64,000 nucleotides of DNA from Arenicellales bacterium (GTDB lineage Bacteria > Pseudomonadota > Gammaproteobacteria > Arenicellales > JAJDZL01): NCBI GenBank assembly GCA_965200545.1, contig CBDAUJ010000003.1, positions 398,504 to 462,503 of the forward strand. Reading direction: 5' to 3'. The position numbers and the translations under genes were made by a program. The notes beneath the pieces are model-generated. The model did not search any database, had not been told where the DNA came from, and worked only from the letters and a program-made list of their open reading frames with translations. Shown here one piece after another: positions 58,292 to 64,000 of this stretch (within the stretch, counting starts at the first letter, position 1; each line of letters opens with the position of its first letter).

Positions 58292-60394
58292 TCACTCCGT
58301 CTCCCCGTTTCCCATCTGCTTTTCAAATGCCTGCCGTACCAAACCCATCATGTAGGGCAAGTCGTCTGGTTTACCGAGCTTTACCTCCACATCACCGTTT
58401 CCCCAGCGACCAACGCCAGAGACATCCTCGGCCAAACCCTTCGGATCGCGAAGTTCGTGAATCTGCATATTAAGTGACAGGCAAAGCCTGTTTTTCTGGG
58501 GCACAACATCCACAAAGTTAGTCTCTGCTTTGTAGGCGACATAAAGCTTCAGAAACTCCTCCGAAACGCATGGGCTGAGTGCCAGCGTTTCTTTTCGAAA
58601 TTTCTCGAACAATTCGTACATCGACGAACCAGATGTGAGGTTTGGGTGGTCGTTGACTGTATAACCCCCAGAAATTTCGCTGCTTGTGCGGTATTCCTCG
58701 AGCCGTTCCGTATCCAAATCAGGAGCTGCCCATACATCTGTGGCCTCTTTGGCGAGACGTTTAGCGCGGTTCTTGATAGCATCTTCATTCCACTTATCAA
58801 GGTGGCCCAGATCTTTGTTTAATTTAAGCGGACTCTCCCTAAACCCTCCTGTCATATCCCGCTTATCCAGAAAGGGTCGGTCACCGTATTCCGAGTTATA
58901 ACCAGTGAGCGTAAGATTACCGAGTGTGTGCAACCAAATCTTCTGAATGCGTTGCCACTCAGGACCGAGATCTTCACGCCACTCCTGTGACAGATTCTCG
59001 TTTTGAGGAAGAATGTGTTCTATGGTGTATTCACCAACGGGAACGCGTTCCTTGCGCTCATGGTTTTCGAGCCGACGCAACCAGTAATTGCTTCGAGAAA
59101 AATTGTATAGATCACGCTTGACAACCTCATGCTTGAACTCTTTGTCGCTCGGAAACCGACGGTAGGAGGGGAGTGTCAACAGATGGGCCTTGGCACTCTC
59201 GAGGTAAGTCTCTTTCCGAAGCGCACGTCCAAAAGTAGCGAATGTCTTGTTTAACGAATTTGTGGGAATCGCACACACAGCGCGGCGGAACACATACGCC
59301 TCAAGCAACCGTACCACAGCCTCGAATTTATCTTCATCCAGTATTTTGTTGGTAAAATCATCGTATAGTTCAAGCAATAGTGGATAAGCGACATCCACTT
59401 TCAGTTCTCTCAGGTCAGCAAATACCTCAGCAAGTTTCGCGTTAGTTTCTTTCCCCAGTGCCATAGCGCAGTAATAACCTGCAAATTTATGAATATCGGC
59501 AACCAGTGCATCCACTCCAGCATTGGCGACATCCGGTTTTCTCGCTTGGCTCTTGAAAGCTTCGTATACTGCCCGAATGTTCGGTATCTCCCCAGTCTTT
59601 AGGGTGAGGTAGTGCCGCATGAAACTGTCGAAATGTGAACCGTACGCTTCTTGACCAAACTCCACTTCCATCGGCCGCCAATGATCTCTGTATAACTGAA
59701 TCTGATGGGGCGGTTCCAACCCCATCAGAATGAAATTGCGAATCAAGTCGGCCTGACTCAGTTCTCGTCCAGTTGAATTCATGCTCTCAAAAATGAGCTG
59801 AGGGTTGTCTTGATCCCGGGTGAGAGCGATGTCGACAATAACAAGCTTCGCAAGGCCATTGCAAAGTGCAGAAAGGTTGGTTCCCAGGTCCTTCACACGC
59901 TGCTCAAAGAACGAGAAGTTTTCGGTGATGCGTAGTGATCGGTTTGCGGACGGCTCCAGCTGTCGAATCAGACTTAACAGACTTGCCCTGTCGGTCTGTG
60001 TGAGTAGCAATTTAAATCTTCTCTCCTCATCCTCCTCGGGGTTTAGCAAGTAGTAGTTGCGCAATTTCCGGGCCGTAAAGTCGGGAACGGGTTCGTTGTC
60101 CCCTAGTTCACGCGCCAAAGCTTCAAGAAGTAGTGTGACCGTAGTTAATCTCTGCTGACCATCAATGACAAGTAGTGGCGAGTGGCCGGTTACATGGAAC
60201 AAACTTTTCTCAATATAGACAATCGAACCGACAAAATGGACTGAGATGGTATCGTCAATACCGGTGCGAATGATGTCATCCCAAAGTTGGCGGCATTCAC
60301 GCTCAGTCCATGAGTACATGCGCTGATAGATTGGGATTTCGAACTGTGTCGACCGCCTTAGGAAACGCAAAAGGTTAGTTTCAGTTGCTCTCAT
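58292..60394 (-). CDS. DUF262-DUF1524 (GmrSD-like) nuclease family protein with extra C-terminal domain
   Basis: N-terminal FEIPIYQRMYSW and VIDGQQRLTT (DUF262/ParB-like). EYTIEHILPQN ... HTLGNLTLTGYNSEYGDRPF (DUF1524 His-Me finger). About 150-aa C-terminal extension. Confidence 0.85.
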   Translation of the reverse strand: MRATETNLLRFLRRSTQFEIPIYQRMYSWTERECRQLWDDIIRTGIDDTISVHFVGSIVYIEKSLFHVTGHSPLLVIDGQQRLTTVTLLLEALARELGDNEPVPDFTARKLRNYYLLNPEEDEERRFKLLLTQTDRASLLSLIRQLEPSANRSLRITENFSFFEQRVKDLGTNLSALCNGLAKLVIVDIALTRDQDNPQLIFESMNSTGRELSQADLIRNFILMGLEPPHQIQLYRDHWRPMEVEFGQEAYGSHFDSFMRHYLTLKTGEIPNIRAVYEAFKSQARKPDVANAGVDALVADIHKFAGYYCAMALGKETNAKLAEVFADLRELKVDVAYPLLLELYDDFTNKILDEDKFEAVVRLLEAYVFRRAVCAIPTNSLNKTFATFGRALRKETYLESAKAHLLTLPSYRRFPSDKEFKHEVVKRDLYNFSRSNYWLRRLENHERKERVPVGEYTIEHILPQNENLSQEWREDLGPEWQRIQKIWLHTLGNLTLTGYNSEYGDRPFLDKRDMTGGFRESPLKLNKDLGHLDKWNEDAIKNRAKRLAKEATDVWAAPDLDTERLEEYRTSSEISGGYTVNDHPNLTSGSSMYELFEKFRKETLALSPCVSEEFLKLYVAYKAETNFVDVVPQKNRLCLSLNMQIHELRDPKGLAEDVSGVGRWGNGDVEVKLGKPDDLPYMMGLVRQAFEKQMGNGETE

Positions 60395-60546
60395 GATGCA
60401 AATCCATATTACGGTACCAAGACTTTATTTTTGCTCTAGTTCAGAATTAAGAGGTCCTTGATGGTTGAAAAAATCAATGATTATAACTTATTCTCGAACA
60501 GAGTTAGGTTCAGATTCTACAAATAATGTAATCAGGGATAAATGCT

Positions 60547-60819
60547 TTGGCGATAACCGCACCACTAACCGACCTGGTAAGTGCGGACAATGGTGCGGAT
60601 TCTTACCTCTGGTGGACGTGGTCGCAATGTATTCGAACCATGTCCTCACTACATTTTACATGCGCTGTATTGGATACTTCGACTCGACCTCTCTATCAAC
60701 AAATCGCAGTCAAATCATTACAACTATTTCAACTTGGATTAAGTTATAGAACCATTGCCAAAAATCTGCACGTTGACGAAAAAACCGTTGCGAAAGCAAT
60801 AAATTGGATCAGCGATTGA
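60547..60819 (+). CDS. Small helix-turn-helix protein, divergent from the DUF262-DUF1524 gene
   Basis: C-terminal LGLSYRTIAKNLHVDEKTVAKAINW is resolvase/HTH_7-like. TTG start; protein-level paralogy with 56385-56609. Confidence 0.5.
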   Translation: MAITAPLTDLVSADNGADSYLWWTWSQCIRTMSSLHFTCAVLDTSTRPLYQQIAVKSLQLFQLGLSYRTIAKNLHVDEKTVAKAINWISD

Positions 60820-61172
60820 TTCGTGCCAAATCGTTTATATTTGTATGGATCAAATTGATCGACAATTTCAGTTCCTTTAGTCTCGTTCTACTTGTTGCAG
60901 AAAGTCTTTCCAGCCTTCGTATATCATTACCATCTCCATGGTATCTAATTCGCAATATCGAAGGAGAGCCGTTCGAATCTTATCACGGCTGCAATTGGAC
61001 ATTTCTTCATGCTGCATTAGGGACATAAGCAGTCAAGGCTGCACCACCATCTATCAGTTCAATTGAATCATCCAAATATTGCATATCTTTATCTGCGCTA
61101 TCTTGGGAATTTTTGGATAGTAATTTGTATGGGGCGACTATATTCCCGTTGTCGCGTTGAACCCATCGCCAG

Positions 61173-61449
61173 TCATTGAAGTTTTGGCTCTGAATACCAT
61201 CCTGAGACCCGTAGATAGGTTCTGACTACTTTTTCTGCAACAAGTCTGAGCCTCAATATGATAACCACCGGGGAAATAACATTTAGCCAACTAGCTAACC
61301 TGAAAGCCACCATCAGATAGTGCAATGAAGAAACTGTCATCAACTTTTTGGTTGGCATACTCGCTTTCTTTTCCAGTATAGAAAAGTTTCGTAGGACATT
61401 CGATTGCCAACTTGAATAATGATTTAGTCAAGCGTTTTTCTTGATGCAT
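61173..61449 (-). pseudogene. N-terminal fragment of a DUF2779-like PD-(D/E)XK protein with an in-frame stop
   Basis: MHQEKRLTKSLFKLAIECPTKLFY...FIALSDGGFQVS, then TAG (61291-61293), then LAKCYFPGGYHIEA, after which the frame is lost. Family assigned from my recollection of the DUF2779 N-terminal pattern. Confidence 0.35.
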
Positions 61450-61618
61450 ACTCTTTGAGGTGTCAATTTGGTTGAGTTTACCTGATCACGGATATCCTAC
61501 CATGTTGCCTTTTTAGTAACTAAAATCGTAAACATTTGATAAATATGACAACACTATTTTTTCTTTCATGACGGTGGCCCCGCCGCGCGGGGCTGGCTAC
61601 TATAAAGTCTTACCATTC

Positions 61619-64000
61619 TCAGGATGAGTCAATATTTCTTACCGCAGTCATTTCAATCCCTGTTGTCGTAATTATTCTAACTGCAATCTGTTTGGTTTCT
61701 GGGATATTAAACGGTGTAGACTCCAATGACATAACAGCTTCCCATTCCTCCGTGTTTAATCCACGCACAATTGCAGATTTCAATCTTTTTATCTGTTTAT
61801 CTCCGTTTTTGAATGGAAAGTGAATACGCCTGGCAAAAAATGCCTTCCCGTTATAACTTGTATCAATCATCCACGTATCAATGGACTTCTCTGGTCCACG
61901 CCTAACGGACCCTGTTGCCGGATCATAGGTATCCCAACCTTTTTGTCTGACTTTAACTTGACCTGCTCCAATATATTGAATTTCGATATCAGGCTGGCCA
62001 ATAGCAACAATTGCCCTATCGTCTTTTTCAAACTTAAGAGGACCGATCATTAAGTCTCGATTGGCTTGAGCCTTGAGAACTGTCAATCTCCCCATTGAAT
62101 ATTTCTTTTCGTCCCGCGCATCTGCCTCAAATGCGAACGCTACGATAACCAACATACTGATAGATTCAATCGATACTACATTTTGTGCAGCCTTTCGTAT
62201 CAGCGCATCTGAACAAATTTGATCGTCTGCGAGAATCATAATTGCAACGTATTCGATAGAACCATCGGAGTGATTCACTCGAGCGGTATGAGTGACAAAT
62301 AACTCTGGCGAAGCCACTTCGATTGAATCAAACAATATTTTTGAATCTCCGACCTCAATACCAGAAACTGACAACGCATTTATCACTGCATTAATTGCCG
62401 TCCGACTCTCAGTTAGTTCATCTCTCGGACTAACTTTATGTGGTGATACATATCGATTGGGGGAGATGCTTTCAACGGTAAAAGGTCCAGCACATCGCTT
62501 CCTCCTTGGATCTGTTACAGGTCTGTCTACTAACAAAATCGGGGGGGGGGAACTTCGATAAGCCAGAATGCCAGCTGAAACTTTCGGTACTCGTTCGTAT
62601 ACAAATCCTTCAGACGGGTCCGTTGGGTCATGCTCAATTTGCACGGTATCTATAGATTGAGATTTGGATAATTCAGCATCTTTCGTTCTACCCTCCAACG
62701 AGTTTTTCAACAAAAACCAATCAAATGTCGCACTCAGCAGTCTTTGGCGTGTAAGTTGAATCGGAATAGCCGAAGTATCTGTCGTAATCCATCTTCGACC
62801 CCATTTTTCTGCAACATAGGCTGTCGTTCCAGAACCACAAGTAATGTCCATTACCAAATCACCAGGTTCTGTAGACATCAGAATGCAGCGTTCAACTACT
62901 TTTTCAGCGGTTTCTACAACATAATGGAGATCATTAGCTGCACTTGTATCATCCCAATAGTCATAAATCGATTTTCCAGGAATTTCGTCCGAATATAACT
63001 TCCATCGCAATTCACCACCAGATTCCGCTACCGCTAATCGATTTTGGTCTGCCAGTGATTGTAGACCACCGGGATTTTCTACCCGCCAAACATGACCGGG
63101 GGAAACTCTGTACTCAACACCTTTCCACACAAAAGGACTTTTCCGAAGCACATCACCACTTCCAGAACTTTGTGACATAAGTGGTTGTCGAGAAAATAGC
63201 CGAGCATCTTCGGCAATCATTTGAGGATTGGTCTTTTCCTCATTAGTCAAATTCCGTGTGCTCGTATCTGATTCTTCAATCATTGCATATGATGTCATAT
63301 AGTCGATAATCTCCTTAGTGTTTTCAAAACGTTGATAGATTTGAAAATACTTCAATTGAGATATGTCTTTCGCATACCAAAGTAAATAATCTCCAGAGCG
63401 CGGCAAGCGATTGGATTGAACGATCGTTTTTCTGAAACGAATCATACCAACTCTATTTTCATAGCCAAAAACTTCATCCAAAATTAATGCACATCGATTT
63501 ACATTTGCATCTCCAATTTGCATGAAAAATGATCCCGAGTCTCTCATTATGGCTCTTGCATGAACTGCTGTTTGATGGATGGTATCCAAATAAGAATGAA
63601 TGCCGTTTCTGTACGTATCTCTAAACGCTTTTACCGATTGAGGCTCTGCTGGCAATGATTCTTTCCTTTCAGTAACGGTTCGACTAGTGGTTGACGGTTG
63701 AAAATTCGACTTAAATCCAATTCCATATGGAGGATCATAGAAAAACATCTGTACACCACGGTCAGGTGAGTCATAACCTTCTTTTTTTGCTAATGAAGCC
63801 ATTACAGAAATCGAATCTCCCTTGATTACTCTGTTTGTCCAGTTGCCCTCATACTCGTACCATTTGTAAGTTGAATCTTCAGGCAACCCATTAAAATCAG
63901 AGAACAAGTTCAACTCTGGTTTTGCTTGCAATGAATCGATCCATGCTTGGGGGTGGATTTTCTCATGAATGTACAAAGGAAATGCGTCTGTTCTAACGTC
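61619..64000 (-). CDS. Beta-class N6/N4 DNA methyltransferase, Type III Mod-like, with large C-terminal domain (5' end probably outside the window)
   Basis: Motif IV FFYDPPYGIGF near the N-terminus. Motif I VMDITCGSGTT about 290 aa later (TRD-sized insert). Frame stays open to the window edge upstream of the TTG at 63976. Confidence 0.85.
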   Translation of the reverse strand, partial: DVRTDAFPLYIHEKIHPQAWIDSLQAKPELNLFSDFNGLPEDSTYKWYEYEGNWTNRVIKGDSISVMASLAKKEGYDSPDRGVQMFFYDPPYGIGFKSNFQPSTTSRTVTERKESLPAEPQSVKAFRDTYRNGIHSYLDTIHQTAVHARAIMRDSGSFFMQIGDANVNRCALILDEVFGYENRVGMIRFRKTIVQSNRLPRSGDYLLWYAKDISQLKYFQIYQRFENTKEIIDYMTSYAMIEESDTSTRNLTNEEKTNPQMIAEDARLFSRQPLMSQSSGSGDVLRKSPFVWKGVEYRVSPGHVWRVENPGGLQSLADQNRLAVAESGGELRWKLYSDEIPGKSIYDYWDDTSAANDLHYVVETAEKVVERCILMSTEPGDLVMDITCGSGTTAYVAEKWGRRWITTDTSAIPIQLTRQRLLSATFDWFLLKNSLEGRTKDAELSKSQSIDTVQIEHDPTDPSEGFVYERVPKVSAGILAYRSSPPPILLVDRPVTDPRRKRCAGPFTVESISPNRYVSPHKVSPRDELTESRTAINAVINALSVSGIEVGDSKILFDSIEVASPELFVTHTARVNHSDGSIEYVAIMILADDQICSDALIRKAAQNVVSIESISMLVIVAFAFEADARDEKKYSMGRLTVLKAQANRDLMIGPLKFEKDDRAIVAIGQPDIEIQYIGAGQVKVRQKGWDTYDPATGSVRRGPEKSIDTWMIDTSYNGKAFFARRIHFPFKNGDKQIKRLKSAIVRGLNTEEWEAVMSLESTPFNIPETKQIAVRIITTTGIEMTAVRNIDSS
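62541..62550 (-). repeat. Homopolymeric C10 tract (G10 on the plus strand) inside the methyltransferase ORF
   Basis: Read directly. Encodes SSPPPI in the current in-frame state. Confidence 0.95.

Noticed and set aside
61577-61593. GC-rich hairpin GCCCCGC-CGC-GCGGGGC just downstream of the methyltransferase stop
   Set aside because: On the minus-strand transcript it is followed by an A-rich, not U-rich, stretch, so it is not a canonical intrinsic terminator.

Overview
64-kb proteobacterial chromosomal window; lineage cannot be assigned without a search. No rRNA, tRNA or CRISPR array was recognised. 1-22 kb: housekeeping block (ffh, CNNM/CorC transporter, tsaB, dinG/yoaA-like helicase, dnaJ-dnaK-grpE, class-V aminotransferase, hrcA, nadK-recN), then a BMP-type ABC transporter plus polysaccharide-deacetylase operon. 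22-26 kb: AT-rich spacer with a 149-bp MITE-like element, a small secreted Cys-rich ORF, bamE and an ornithine cyclodeaminase-family gene. 26-36 kb, minus strand: nickel/urea block with a NitT/TauT-type ABC transporter, ureE-ureF-ureAB(fused)-ureC-ureG-ureD, an isochorismatase-family hydrolase and a UreH/NiCoT-like Ni permease. 35.9-37.4 kb: visibly GC-rich IS1380-family insertion between two divergent clusters. 37.6-51.9 kb, plus strand, is the most unusual part. It holds two paralogous pairs of arginase-fold ureohydrolases bracketing hypB/hypA-like Ni chaperones. In each pair the A subunit keeps the full binuclear-metal ligand set and the B subunit has degenerate ligands. A PotABCD-like ABC transporter, an EamA exporter and a DAO-GcvT (sarcosine/dimethylglycine-dehydrogenase-like) oxidoreductase follow. 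My best candidate for an undescribed system is a Ni-dependent heteromeric guanidine-compound hydrolase pathway feeding urea to the adjacent urease. 52.7-64 kb: AT-rich, partly decayed mobile/defence island. It contains a frameshifted DUF262-HNH gene, an intact IS110/IS1111-type IS, a 304-aa orphan ORF with an Rx4H motif, an IS remnant with an identical 130-bp tail, an intact DUF262-DUF1524 (GmrSD-like) gene, small HTH genes, a PD-(D/E)XK fragment and a Type III Mod-like methyltransferase with a C10 tract.
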